Origin: Hemiscyllium ocellatum
Taxonomy: Eukaryota
NCBI RefSeq assembly: GCF_020745735.1
Contig: NC_083433.1
Coordinates: 21,649,363-21,713,362, forward strand
Direction: 5' to 3'
DNA: 64,000 nt
Shown here: positions 44,943 through 58,376 of the stretch, one piece after another
Numbering within the stretch: the stretch's first letter is position 1
How the letters are laid out: each line of letters opens with the position of its first letter
Program-made: the position numbers and the translations under genes
The notes under the pieces: generated by a model
Database searches by the model: none
Told to the model about the DNA's origin: nothing
What the model saw: the letters and a program-made list of their open reading frames with translations, nothing else

Positions 44943-47900
44943 TAGCTGCAGACCAGAGAGCTGCTGACTGCAGGGATGTGTACAGTCACTGGCCTCACCG
45001 AACTATACAATGATTTTCCAAAAAACAAATCCCCTTCAAGCATCTTTCATCTCGTATCTGACTTAACGTAGAACGTTAAAAAGTGGTAGAAATGCTTTTT
45101 TAAAATCCATTTGAAACATGTATCTAATACAGAAGCACTGAATTCTACAGTGCAATCTATCAGGTTGTTGTCAGCTCCCTTTTGTCAACTGTCTTTGAAT
45201 AAGCTGTAGCAAGCAGCAGTCATGAGAGATTGATTCCTTGCTTCTTTCACAATGTATTTAACCAGCAAATACCCCTCCCACCCCCACCCTCCTCCTCCTC
45301 TTCCGAAAGAGGCCACCAGCATGGAGACCTTACCAGTGTTTCCCTCGTTGTTATGCCAACATCATTGCCAATGCATTGACCAATTCAAGGGGTAGTGTTT
45401 GCGGTGTTGTCAGGGTTTGTTTAGGATAGCTGTGTTGTATGTGGGAGGGAAAGATTTACTTGAGTCACCTTGCTTTTCATATCATTTCAGCACTCAGCTG
45501 CAATCGAAAGAGATGTTGGTTTAGATTTTTTTCTTTCACCTGATCAAATCAGTAGATTAAACTTGAGCTGAAATCACGAGAATCCCAGTTTCAGATTACT
45601 TCAGTCCACTTTGTTTCTTGCTGTAAGTAGTTGCTCTGTCTATCCCCTTGCCCAAAATTACTGGGCAATGACTTCACAGGAGCAGCTGGTCACGTATGGA
45701 ATGGTGAGTGCAGACAGCTTGTTGGACTTCAGAGCCCTTGCTCCCACACATGACACAATTCTTGCCATGTATCCCTATGTACGTATTTCTCCCCACAGCT
45801 ACAGGCCAGCAGTTAGAAACATGAATCCAGGGTGGTGTACATACTCTGTCTCCCCTAATCCATGAGGTTGCACCTCTGCTTGCTTCACACCCATTCCATT
45901 TGTGACCAACTAATTCACAACTTGGGGAATAAACCAGCTGTTCTCTGTACAGCTCCGTATTGGCCATCCCTGCTTTAAGGTTTTAGACCAGGGGCTGCCC
46001 CAATGCCAATGGACAGAATAGCCAGCTGCAAAGGTTCAACCTCCTCCAGCCTCTAGCTATCCCAGTGGTATGGATTATTACAGCACAAACCTCACCTAGT
46101 GCAGGGTTGTCTAATATGTTGGCCAAAAAGGTGATCATTTGGCATTACTAGGTGTGGCCTCTATTCACAAGAGTTTGCAATGTAAATTCAAGAACTTTAA
46201 CCTTTTTATCCAATTAATTCTCATGGAGTGCAAGTGCTTTGGTTTGATTGTGCTTCACTTTTTTGGTTCCTGAATGATGGCAGATGTTTGTTAAACAAGC
46301 CTATTGTGTGAGGTGTATGTGAGGCTTTTTGTTCTAGCTGTAGCCAAACATGGCCAAAATGGTGTTGCTGTTGTCACTCCCGGTGTAACTAGGCAGCCTG
46401 GCACAGGCAGTGGATAATGCTGGATGCTCTCTCAGTACATCAGTATTTATTGTAGCTCAGTAATGCCATGGTATTGCAGTGGTGTGGGTTGGACAGGCAC
46501 CAAAAACACACTCAACTGAGAACATGATCCTGCAATCCTACTCATCTCCTTCCATTTCTTAACGATACTTGTTCAGTTTCCCAGAATCAGGCAGGACTTT
46601 TTTATATTTCCAGCTTCTGACAGTCGAGTCCACCCCAGTGGCCCAGCAGACTATCCTGTCTTGGGTTCTGGCAGTGAGTTTGCCATATTTGTAAATTTGT
46701 TAATATCGCAATCAGTTTGAACAAGTAAGCTACAAAATTCTCAAGTGCAGGGCAGGGTTTGAAAACTTATTATTAGTATGATATAAAAAGCTTTCCTGTA
46801 TAGGTGTAATTTTGTGGAAATTGGGAGCATGGTTTTGAACCCTTAATTGGGTAACTTCACCCAGTTGGATGCCATTGCCATGGAAAATCATGTGCAGAGT
46901 ACGAACCCCCAGCCCTTCAGCAGAACTACCTCAATGACCCTAAACTTCAGTGAAATCTCAATGCAGCTCGGTTTAAAAAAGTCTAATTATACTCATTAGC
47001 ATTGTTTGGAAGTAAAGTTCTATAATTCTGTGTCAATTCAGCTGATAGATTGGGAATTCAAATTGAGTTTAATATTAGAGATTTTCCTGCTTGAAATGTT
47101 TTCTCTTTGTAACTTTGCTGTTGAGGGGTCAGGGGCTGATCTAAGGCAAGCAGTGAAGCTAATTGTCAGCAGTTGGCATGGAATACGCAAACAAAAATAG
47201 CTGAGTGCAGTGCTGCAGTCTCTTGGTGACTTTTTCTGTCTTTTACCATGGCAACTGCAATCTTCAGAGCAAATCCAACTGCCCTGTTTTAATTTCCTGC
47301 CTCTGCAGGTTTGGCTGCCTGAGATGAGAATGAGCCAACTTGCACAATGATTTATTTGGCGTTGCTCAACATTGTACAGTTCTACCATTATCTGAGTAGC
47401 ATTAGGTGGTTTGGGTGTGGGGGGAGACACCAGAGGTTTTGAAAATGGTTTTCATTTTGTGGAATGGGTGTGTCACTGGCAAGACCAACACTTCATAGCC
47501 CTAATTGCCCCAAAGCTGCTACCTTGTTCTGTTGTGGTCCATCAGTATCTGCTGCAGTTGGTTACAATTGGGTATTTGCTAGGCTATTTCAGAGGGCATT
47601 GAAGACTTACCCATATTACTATTGGTCCACAACTGTATGGCAGTCCGGTCAAGTAAGGACAACAGGCTTCTTTCCCATCTCGTGCACTAGGTAGATTTTT
47701 ACGACAGTTGATCGTCTCCATAACATGGTCATGAAATTGTCTTTCAATTATAGGTTTATTAATTGAATTCAACTTTCACCAGCTGCTGTTGGGATTTAAG
47801 CCATTGTCCACAGAACATTAGGCCAATCCTCTGAATTATTTGTCCTGTGAATTTACCGGACTCATACAGCATGGAAACAGACCCTTCGGTCCAACTAGTA

Positions 47901-50900
47901 CATGCCGATCATGTTCCCAAACTAACTTCTCCTGAACTGTAACACCCTGCTAATTATGTGCATATTGTTGAATTTCTTGATTGAACATTTATTCCTTAAT
48001 GTTTTATTTGTTAGATCTTGAGTTTATTAATCCTTTTCTCTCCAGGTGTCAGTGCCACCAAGGATCACAGTTTGCCCATGTGCAACCGTCTCCCTGCCAT
48101 TCCTCCCATTCCTCCTTCGTTCCTTCCTCAGAGGTGTCACTATTTGCAAAGCAGATGAATTGGCCTGTTGAGGTTTTGCAGTTGAAGCCTCTGAGTTCAT
48201 TGAGTTTTATTTTTCAGATGGTTGCTTGCAATCTGCCAGCCTCAGTTTGAGTTTCATTATCAGCAGCTTCCTCAGTTGATGTTCTACCTTGACACTTCCC
48301 GTGGAGCAGTGGGCAGATTCACAGGCTGATTAATGTGCTGTGGCGTAAGCACTCATTTCAAGGCCATGACCACCTTCACACCACTGAGTTCCCACAGTGT
48401 GAGCAATGAGTGCGGGGTGAGGTCGAGAGAGAGAGAGAGAAAGCATCATTGAACTGCAGATCCACTGAAGCCTGTGCAATGGTCCACACTCATCAGATAT
48501 GTCTGGAGCAGGGTTTGAAACCTAAAACCTTATGATTCATGTCGAGTATTATTGTTAATGACTCCTTGAGGTGTACCAGAGCAATTGAGGAGGAATCCCA
48601 GTTTTGATCCCCTAACCTGTTTTTTTTTAAATATATGCCCACAGTTGTTGTTGTAGTTCTCCTTGTCCTTAAGCTGTGAATGAGGGACAATAACCAGCCA
48701 GGATTTGCATTCTGAATTGTTGCGGTGTTTGTGTTTTGGGCATTAATCAGATTAAGCTGCGCTGTACTGCTGCCTTGCCCCTCCAGCTCGGTAGTTTGTC
48801 AGCAGTGTCTGGTGCAATAAGACTCAGCTGTCCTGGGTGACATGCAGATTGTGATGGGTGTCAGGAGCAGTCAGTTGCATCATGAGCTGGGACCTTAAGG
48901 AAAGAACTGAGAATTAGCAAAGTGTGTTTGGCCCCTGGAGAACAAAAGGGGCTCAGTAATTGGTGATGGTAGTTTTGGGGGGAGAGGAGAGCAGAAATCA
49001 GAAATTACCTTAGGCTCCCAATTAGAAAACTGTGCTACTGTGATTCAGTTTGTGCTTTAGTTTGCTGCAGGTCCTGCTCAGAAATTACTTGTCTTCCAGC
49101 AGAAGCATTGGCAAAAAAACCCTCCAGAATGTCATCAGGACACAGTTCCTTCTGTTAATGGAAAGTTATTTTGCTTTTAAAAAAGAAATTTGTTATTCAA
49201 GTGATCAGATGTTCAATGTTGATAATGTCCAAGTACAAATTCAATGCTGAAAAACAACTTGTGATCAGATCATTCGAATTATTAACTTCAAATGAACAGT
49301 AGATTTCAGACCAGGTATCAGCCTGTATAGACATGGGTTTTATGTATTTGAATGTATTATTGTTTATCCTCGATATCTGTTTACAATGTTTAAATATTGA
49401 TGGCTTTTAATGGATATGTAAATCAGGGAATTGTATTTATTAACCTCTCCAATAATGGTTTATAAACGGGAGGCACAGGTTCCTCATGCACGTTCAAAAC
49501 TCCTTGCCCATTTAAGCGTCTGTCACGTCATAGTTCAATTTATATTAAAACATATCTTGTGTTTGTGCTTATTAATGTCAAAGTTTTTGTCTATTTAATA
49601 TATGAAATGTTTTACTTTGAAAAACTTTATTTAACTGATGATTCGTAAGAGTCCAGTTGCTCCATCTTATTGCATGGTTGTTTTGTCCCTGTCTGTCTCT
49701 GTTGCTGTTAATTATATTGATGCTCAGCCAGGCTATTGGATGTAGCACCTCTCTTGAGCTTGCAGTGGTAATGTGCATGTTGCTAAATCGCATGGTTGCT
49801 TGTCACTGATTTCTTGACATGATGGTTTAATTGTTAACTTTAAGGGGAGTGATCTTGCCATTGTGTTCTCTTGTTTGGAATGATTGGAAGGTTGAAAGCA
49901 TTGCCCATCTTGTCCTGGTTCGGGGTACCATCTCTTAGCTGGTTATGAAGTGGCATGAGCAGGCATGTCACCCACATTTATTTTGGGAGGTTTGAAATGT
50001 TTATAGTCCATGGAGTTGAAGACTTGACCTCTGGCTTGGCTATTGGGAAATGTACCTGAACAAACGCAGTTGTGCACATCATAAGTAGGATGCCATCTTC
50101 AGCCTGCCTTCAGGTAGCTAGCAACAGCTTGTTCCTAATTTTGCTTTTGCATTTATATTCCATAAAGCTATTGCCGCAACCTCCTGTCCTCTTGCTGTGC
50201 ACTAAGTGGGAAGTGTATTGAGTTGGTGAGTAACCACAGATTCTTTCCTGAGTTTTTTTGTTTTATGTTTCCTCCACGGAATACACCTAATCCTTGCCTG
50301 CAGGTCAGGGTAGCACATTCGCAGCGAGGGACGGTTTGCCCTTGCCCTGGTCTTTTAAAGTGGTCCCAGTTTTTGCAGTTCTAATTGCTCCCACTAGAGG
50401 TTGCTGTAATGTCACTTCCAGCAACAACTGGTTCAGTGTGTAGACAACTCACTTGGAGGTTCTCCTGTCGAGGAACTTTGGTAGATAGAGCACAATATGG
50501 AGCCCTGAGCTTTCCTGGCACAAAATGAGAACTGAGTTGGCACATAAAAGTTCCTGAGCAGTTATGTTTGCCCATCATTAAACCATTGGTCAAAATTTTT
50601 TTTTTGTTAACCAAAAAAAATTGGTGCAAGAGAAAAATGAAAGAATACAGTTTTCCCCAGCACATTGGACTAAATCTACTGTGAAAACATGAACATCTAT
50701 AGATGTGTCTGAAATATTAGTTAATGACCAATAAATAGGCAGCATTTTGGAGGTGGTTTTCTTCAACTGTCATCCTGTAATTACATTTTATTTGTGCTAA
50801 CATAGGAAATGAACACCATATTGGAATTTGATGTGAGTTGTGTGTTGGAATCAAATAAAAATTAGTGGGTGGTGATTAAATCATCAGTTAATCTCCAACA

Positions 50901-51765
50901 GTGCTTTTACATATCCATGATTTCAGAAGAGTACCCATGCAGTAGACTACAGGATACCTGTTGATGTTCCCATGCTTTTTTTAAATGATGTTTTAAATTT
51001 GCCATTCCTGTTCATGATTCCCAATGTGTTTGGACCTAGCACCTATGTGGTATCGCACTCCATTTGAGTTCATTTTGTAGTCATGTTTTCTGACTAACTA
51101 ACTGAAGGGGATGTACAGAGGGAGGTATTTGGATTAATTGCCATTAGCCTGCATCTAATGGAAGGCCTCTATCCAATCCATCTATGAAGCAAGTAGTTTC
51201 AAAGCACAATTGAAGTTTGGGACTGTGCTCCTTTTGCAGGAACTGCCCAATTTATCCATTTTCCTTACAGACAGAAGAGTGCAGGCAACTTACCTGTTAT
51301 CTACATCCACTAGCACAAATGGCACCCATCAGTCTTAGAGACCAGTTGCTGGGAGCCATCCTGACTGAACGTTGCTTTATTGCCTTGCTTTGAGTGGTCA
51401 GACCCCCTTCTGTCTTGAGATGTTTGAGTTTTTAAAGCTATGTGCATTCCGTGTACCCTGATAAGCAATCTGGTCCTGCTTTTCCAAGGCATTCTAGATG
51501 TTTTGCACAGTGTTGCTGTAATTGTACAAACCATTTGCCAATTTGTCCCTTCCTTATGACCGGGCACATTTTAAACGACTTGATTTTGTAAATTGTTTTG
51601 CTTTATTTAAAATAAAATTGCACAAGTTGCAATTGCTGCTGGCTCTTATTTTCGTTGATGAGAAAAGTTTTTAAAATGTTGCACAGCAAATGTTTCTGCA
51701 AGTTGTTTCATACATGTGTGTAGGTTCCATTTCAAATGCCAATAAAGATTTTTTTAAACTTTCAG
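44943..51765 (+). other. DESI1: Probable long DESI1 3'UTR with several poly(A) signals
   Basis: Nearly free of young repeats, U-rich; AATAAA at 50730, 50854, 51611 and 51741; repeat density resumes after ~51.9 kb. Confidence 0.55.
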
Positions 51766-52289
51766 TCTCATCTTTATGTTCTGTGAGACATTGCCCTGCT
51801 ATTTAGTTAGTTGTATGTAGCAGGGTATGTATTTTCTGCAAACTTCCAGAAGCTATTGAATCATGATCCACGTAAGAGACTGTTTAACTAAGATTCAAAC
51901 TTACGAAACTGAACACTAAGTTGGGTTAACCGAGAGAAAGGGTAAGTCATGGGTACACACTCTTTGGACTAAAGCTACTGGTGGTGATTCAAATGAACCT
52001 GTATTCAGGGCCTCAACTCTTCATCGCATTTTATTAATGGCTTGAAGTACAAAGGTGAATTTTCTGACTAAATTCCGATCGGTAGTGGAGGCTGGGTTGT
52101 TGCTGTGTAAAATTACAATGTTGGTGGATTGAAATCCATCCATTGCACATTTTCACTGTGGGAAGAGGTGCGTTTCAGTTTTGACCCAGTGGGTCAGCCC
52201 TGTCTTCAAAAGATGAAAAGCTAGAAACAATGACCCAGGGATCACCAAAATGCAGGAACTGCAAAACCTGTTCACAACTGTTACTGGTA

Positions 52290-52802
52290 ATGTGGACATG
52301 TCAGTGTTAGACTGGGGTGGACAAAATCAGGTTACAGTCTGACAGGTTGATTTGAAATCGCCAGCTTTCAAAGCACTGCTCTTTCATCAGGTGAAATGGG
52401 GACTTCACCTCGTGAAGGAGTAGCGCTCGGAAAGCTTGCAATATAGGCGGCACAGTGGTTAGCACTGCTGCCTCACAGCGTCAGAGACCCGCGTTCAGTT
52501 CCCGCCTCAGGCGACTGACTGTGTGGAGTTTGCACATTCTCCCCGTGTCTGTGTGGGTTTCCTCCGGGTGCTCCGGTTTCCTCCCCCAGTCCAAAAATGT
52601 GCAGGTTAGGTGAATTGGCCATGCTAAATTGCCTGTAGTGTTAGGTAAAGGGGTAAATGTAGGGGTATGGGTCTGGGTGTTGCGCTTCAGTGGGTCAGTG
52701 TGGACTTGTTGGGCAGAAGGGCCTGTTTCCACGCTAAGTAATCTAATAAAAAAAATCAAATAAACCAGTTGGACTATAACATGGTCTTGTGTGACTTCTG
52801 CC
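52290..52802. mobile_element. Inverted pair of family B modules interrupted by a V-SINE
   Basis: Minus copy ends ...CTTTCATCAGGTGAA; plus copy CACCTCGTGAAGGAGTAGCGCTCGGAAAGCTT resumes after the SINE as TAAACCAGTTGGACTATAAC. Confidence 0.7.
52446..52747 (+). mobile_element. HE1-like V-SINE
   Basis: Head, V domain and tail. Confidence 0.88.
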
Positions 52803-53651
52803 AAGTGTTAGTGGAACTTTGGCCTATATAGCTAAGGGACTGATATATCCACAAGGAGGTATTTTTGCAGCTACACAAAACCCTTGTGTTACTGCCACCA
52901 ATTTGGTCCACACCAGCCAACCAGCCTGCCTAAAGAGTCCGAGTTACTACACCAATTTACACTTTGACCTGTATGTTATAGATAGTGAGGGTTGAAGTTC
53001 CAGGCCATCATGTAGCTGACCAAGAATCTCTTTCACTCTAACCAGCTGCCATTAGTGTGTCTAGATGACTCTTTATCAGAGCTCTGAAAAGTTATCCTCT
53101 CTCTCTACAGCTGCTGTGGTTTCCAGCAGTTTTTTTTGTTTTCAGTTCAGACTCCAGTATCTGCGGTGATTTGTCCCTGCTGTCAGTGTGTTGGGAGATC
53201 TGCAGAATGATAACATGTACATTTGGTATCTTATCCAGTTAGCTTGGGGTGGGGTTCAAATCTGAAACCGGTGTCTCAGGGACTGAAATGCCCCCTCCCA
53301 ACCTGCTTTGAAAATATGTGGATTTTTAAAAAAAAAAATTAGTTCAAGGGCCAATAATATTGAATGCTTGTAAAGAGGGGAAGGAAGTCTCCAAAAAAAA
53401 TTGTGCCAATTTTATTTGCTGGCTGCGATGAGTCATTGGGTTTGTGTAATTTGCCTGACCGTTGACTCTCTTGGGTGTGATAGAGAGAGAAACCACATAG
53501 CTCCCTCCCCTTCTGTTCCTCTGGCATGTGATCACTGTCGTCAGTTCGAGGAGGCTGTGAGCTTCAGAATGTGGTGATCCCCAGCGGCGAGCAGCCGCGG
53601 ATCCCGATGTGGTGGAGGGAAGGAGAGAGGTTCCTGGAAGCTAGGGGGGAG

Positions 53652-53726
53652 ATGGCTGAGAGAGAGCCGGAGCCCCACACTCTCTGCCTGTTTGATGTGG
53701 ATGGCACTCTGACAGCAGCCAGACAG
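53652..53726 (+). CDS. PMM1: Phosphomannomutase 1, coding exon 1 (MAEREPEPHTLCLFDVDGTLTAARQ)
   Basis: HAD motif I FDVDGTLT; donor CAG|gtacag; an in-frame upstream ATG at 53607 is an alternative start. Confidence 0.93.
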
Positions 53727-54409
53727 GTACAGGCAAGGGGAAGGGGACCTTGTGCAAGGTCAGTGCTGTGCTCTACTCTGTTCACTTTGCTGCAGTATTA
53801 GTTAAAGCAAGTGTGTGTGTGTGTGAGAGAGAGAGCTCACCAGAATAAGCCCCTCTGCTCAAACCCCTGTGCGCTCTCTGTCAGAGACCAAAGTCCGCTT
53901 CCTTCAAGAGATCATTTAAAAGGGCTGTTATCAGGACAGGGGCTGACATGAACGGCCCTCTCACAAACTGTGTTCGGTCTGGCTTTCCCCCTTTGCGGCA
54001 GGATACTGGGGAAAGGAGCCGTGTCCTGAATAATAACAGGGTCTACAGCGGGGAAGTTAGGAAGGCAAGTTGAACAGATTAGTCAGAACAGAAGGGCTTG
54101 ACTTTGAAATGTTTAAGACTATTAAAGGATTCAATAGATTCTCTCTCTCTCTCTATCAACTCTTTATCCTCTTGGGTTGGGGGTGTAAGTGGTTGGGGAG
54201 TCAAGAAGCTAAAATAGGGTTTGTCCAGGAAGCCCTGCCTCCAAGTTCATGGCTATAGGTATCTGAGACCTTCCTCACCTCCCCCCTCCCCTGTAAAGCT
54301 TTTGAGGATGTGCTCAAATCGATATTTGTAAAGCTGCAATAGAATGTGTTTTGTTAAGGAATTGTCGTCTGATCCAGTCTGGACACAACAGGGAGCCCTG
54401 GTGATCACT

Positions 54410-55128
54410 CATGGAGTCAAAGAAATGTCCAGCACAGAAACAGACCCTTCGGGCCGACTCGTCCATGCTAACCAGATATCCTAAATTAATCCAGTCCCGT
54501 TTGCCAGCATTTGGCCCATATCCCTCTTAAACCCTTCCTATTCATATACCCATCCAGCTGCCTTTTAAATGTTGCAATTGTACCAGCCTCCCACTACCTC
54601 TGGCAGCTCATTCCACACGCACCACCCTCTGTGTGAAAAAGTTGCCTCTTAAGTCTCTTTTATGTCTTTCCCCTCTCACCCTAAACCTATGCCCTGTAGT
54701 TCTGGACTCCCTTATCCTGGGGAAAAGACCTTGCCTATTTATCCTATCCATGCCCCTCATGATTTTACAAATCTCAATAAGGTCAGCCCTCAGCCTCTGA
54801 AGTTCCAGGGAAAACAGCCCCAGCCTGTTCAACCTTTCCCTTTAGCCTCCAATCCTGGCAACATCCTAGTCAATCTTTTCTGAACTCTTTCAAGTTTAAC
54901 ATCTTTCCTATGGCAGGGAATCCAGAATTGAACGCAATATTCTAAAAGCGTCCTAACCAATGTCCTGCAACGTGACCTCCCAACTCCTATACTCGTTGCA
55001 CTGACCAGTAAGGGAAAGCATACCCAATGCTGCCTTCAGTAGCCTGTCTACCTGTGACTCCACTTTCAAGGAACTACGAACCCACATCCCAAGGACTCTT
55101 CGGTCGGCAACACTCCCCAGGACCCTCA
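54410..55128 (-). mobile_element. CR1/HER1-like 3' fragment in PMM1 intron 1
   Basis: RLRADLIEICKIMRG, RGNFFTQRVV. Confidence 0.9.
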
Positions 55129-55864
55129 CAAGGACCAATGTATTGACTGGGTGGTAGCCCAGGGTGAGGGAGCTATGGGTATAGAGATCCTGGAAGTTAC
55201 AATCATTCCCATTGACCTCGAGGTCTTTGGATCTCCCAATGGTGTAAATACAGCAGGAGTGACTCAGTCGGTTCACCGCTGGGGCAGAGCATCATGAGTT
55301 CAATCCCCAGTTCCAGACACTCCAGTACAAAGGACAGTCAGTACTGGGGGGGGGGAGAGTGCTGCATTGTCAGGGGTGCACTCTCTCAGATGGAGAATGA
55401 AAGCAAACCATTGTCTCTCGGGAATGAGAGAGAGAGAGAGAGAGAGAAGGTTCCTCATCTCTGAGAGAATGCATAGCTCTCAACAAACACCAGGTTGGGA
55501 AGGAACTATCTGGTCCTTGTGGTATGGGAGTTAACTGTGCAACATTTCTGCCCTGTTTCCTACAGCACAACTTTAAGATGCACGCGATTGGTTGTAGTTA
55601 ATCCTGGGATATCCTGAGGCTGTCAAAGGCGCTAGATTAATTCAGATCTCTCTTGTAGTAACGGTATGTGGGCTCCTGAGGTGACTCTGGCTCCCAATCA
55701 CTTTCCTCAGCTGCTGTGGCCTCAGCCAAGGTCAGGCGCTCCCGGCTGAACTCTCCGTGAGGCCAAGCCGGCCCGAGCACCTGGGACAACCCCCCCCTTT
55801 CCCCCCCCCCGCCCCAAACTCACACCAGGTGGAACCAGCCTCTCACCGCCTTGTTCTCTTGTAG

Positions 55865-55982
55865 AAAATCACGCCTGAGCTGGACGAGTTTTTCCAGCGG
55901 CTCCGAACCAAGGTGAAGATCGGTGTGGTGGGAGGCTCTGATTACATCAAGATCGCGGAGCAGCTGGGGGAAGGAGAGGAAG
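55865..55982 (+). CDS. PMM1: PMM1 exon 2 ([39 protein letters not shown])
   Basis: tag acceptor and gtgagg donor; 118 nt; GGSDY.KIAEQLG is PMM1-type rather than PMM2-type. Confidence 0.95.
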
Positions 55983-56217
55983 GTGAGGCCATGGGCCACT
56001 GGGGGGGTGCTGGAGCAGGAGGCCTGGGTTCCCGTCGACGGGCCGTTCTCGCACGTGGTCACCCGGGAGCGGGTTTGCTGGGGTTCATTTCCACAAGGTC
56101 CCTGCGCACGTGTCAGCCCTTCGTGGGAAACACTGGCAGGAAGTTCCCTTGGTGGATATCAGCTCCTTAGTGTGAGATAACTGGGCGTTACGATTATGCC
56201 AGGGCTAGGTGGTGGTT

Positions 56218-56519
56218 TTAGAATAGATTCCCTACAGTGTGGGAACAGGCCCTTCGGCCCAACCAGTCTACACTGACCATCTGAACAGTAACCCACCCAG
56301 GTCCATCTCCATCTGACTAATGCACCTAACACTATGGGCAATTTTGGCAACTCACCTGGTCTGTACATCTTTGGACTGTGTCAGAAAACCCAGAGGAAAC
56401 CTGCAAAGGCACGGGGAGAATGTGCAAACTGCACACAGACAATCACCTGAGGCTGGACTCGAACCTGGGAGCCTGGTGCTGTGAAGCAGCAGTGCTAACC
56501 ACTGAGCCACCGTGCCGCC
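56218..56519 (-). mobile_element. HE1-like V-SINE in PMM1 intron 2
   Basis: Reverse-strand copy. Confidence 0.85.
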
Positions 56520-57217
56520 TCGTGGTCATGACCCTGGATGATAAACCACAGGCAGGTGGGACCCGTTTAGTTTGGGATTATGGTTAACATGGACTGGTTG
56601 GACCCAAGGGTCTCCTTCCGTGCTGTATGACTAGTATCACTGACAACGAGACATCTTCTGATTGTTATAAGGACCCATCTGGTTCACCAATGCCCTTGAG
56701 GGAGGGAAATCTGGCACCCTTACCCAGTCTGGCCTGGATGTGACCCACAGTCATGTAATTGCCTCCTAATGATCCTCTGAAATGCATCTAAGATGCCACT
56801 CAGTTCTAGGGGTGGGCAAGAAATGCTGCCTGGGCCAGTGATGGCCCGAGTCCCACAAATAAGTTGTTTCTTGGGTTCACAGTTGGTCCCTTTCCTCAGG
56901 CGCCTCCCTGCTCCCATGGTTCTGAAACCGTGGAGGAGTGTGGTAAGCACAAGCCACCACTGTGACCGTGTACCAGCAGTGCCAGTGCTGCCTCAGGAAG
57001 GCAGCTCACTACCACCTTTCCAGGGCAACTAGGGAACGGGCAGTAAACGATGGCCCACATTGCCAATTCGCCCATCACGAGTCATAACAAAATGGACCTG
57101 GATGGATGGAATGGCACAGGATCTTGAAGGAGTGATACTAAATCCTCCTCTCTTTCTGTGACCGTGCCTGTCCTATCGAAGATGTGCAGGTTAGGATGGA
57201 TTGCCCATGCTCAATTA

Positions 57218-57490
57218 GGAAAAAGTGAGGACTTCAGATGCTGGAGATTAGAGTCAAAACCATGGTGCTGGAAAAGTCTGGTGCTTTGATTGTAATCTTA
57301 CCGTGAAGCCCCTTCCAAGGATGCCCACCTTGCAGAAGTTCTCCTCCTCCCTCTATCACTCAGCCCCCCTTTGGTCTCCTCCCCCCCCACCCACACACAT
57401 CTCTGACGAAGAGCTGATGCTTGAAACGTTGGCTCCGCTGCTCCTCAAATTCTGCCTGACCGGCTGTGCTTTTCCAGCAGCACTTTTTGA
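57218..57490. mobile_element. Family A fragments (minus then plus) in PMM1 intron 2; hammerhead-like core at 57403
   Basis: CTGACGA-A-GAGC TGAT GCTT-GAAA-CGTT followed by the family A tail. Confidence 0.7.
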
Positions 57491-57796
57491 CTCTGCCCAT
57501 GTTAAATTGTCCATAGTGTCTAGGGATGTGCAGGCGAAGGGGTTAGCTATTGGGAAACGCAGGGTTACAGGGATTGGGACTGGGAGGGTCAGTGCAGCCT
57601 TGATAGGTTGAATGGCCTCTTTCTGCACTGTAAGGGTCCTACAATGTGAGCACCGTGCCCCACGATTACATGGAGCTGAGGATTATCAGATAATCCACGA
57701 TCTTAGTGAATAGCAGGTCAGATGCAATGGGCTGAATGGCCTCCTTCTGCTCTTCTACCTTTACGATCTCACCCAGCTCTCCGTTCCCTTCCGCAG

Positions 57797-57873
57797 TCAT
57801 TCGGAAATTCGATTACGTCTTCGCCGAAAACGGAACAGTCCAGTACCGAGACGGAAAGTTCGTCACAAAGGAG
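57797..57873 (+). CDS. PMM1: PMM1 exon 3 (VIRKFDYVFAENGTVQYRDGKFVTKE)
   Basis: cag acceptor and gtgggt donor; 77 nt; FDYVFAENGTVQY matches PMM1. Confidence 0.96.
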
Positions 57874-58217
57874 GTGGGTCCAGAAATCACCCAAGGTCAC
57901 TTCACTCCAGACCAGGAGCACACAGCTTTACAAATCCCAGGCACTGCATCGAGAACAAATTTAGAAACACGATTTTAACCAACCTGCTTGGACATGTTAA
58001 AACTCGTGTGAAAGGGTATGGAGAGAAAGATCATATGGAATGGGAAAGAAGGCACACGGGGCCGAATGGCCTCCTCCTGCTCCTTGTTTCTGTGTATTCA
58101 GGGCAGCTGGGATTGAACCTACAGCTCCTGTCTCAGAGATAGGGGCATTACACTACGCCACAGGACTGTCAGAATACTATGCGTCCGCTAAAGAGTGGGA
58201 CACGTTGAAATGTTTTG

Positions 58218-58376
58218 TTAGATTTGATTAGATCAGATTCCCTACAGTGTGGAATCAGGCCCTTCGGCCCAACAACTCCACACCGACCCTCAAAGAATAA
58301 CTCACCCAGACCCATTTCCCTCTGACTAATTGACCGAACACTATGGGACAATTTAGCATGGCCAATTCACCTGATC
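58218..58376 (-). mobile_element. V-SINE 3' half
   Basis: Tail portion only. Confidence 0.8.
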
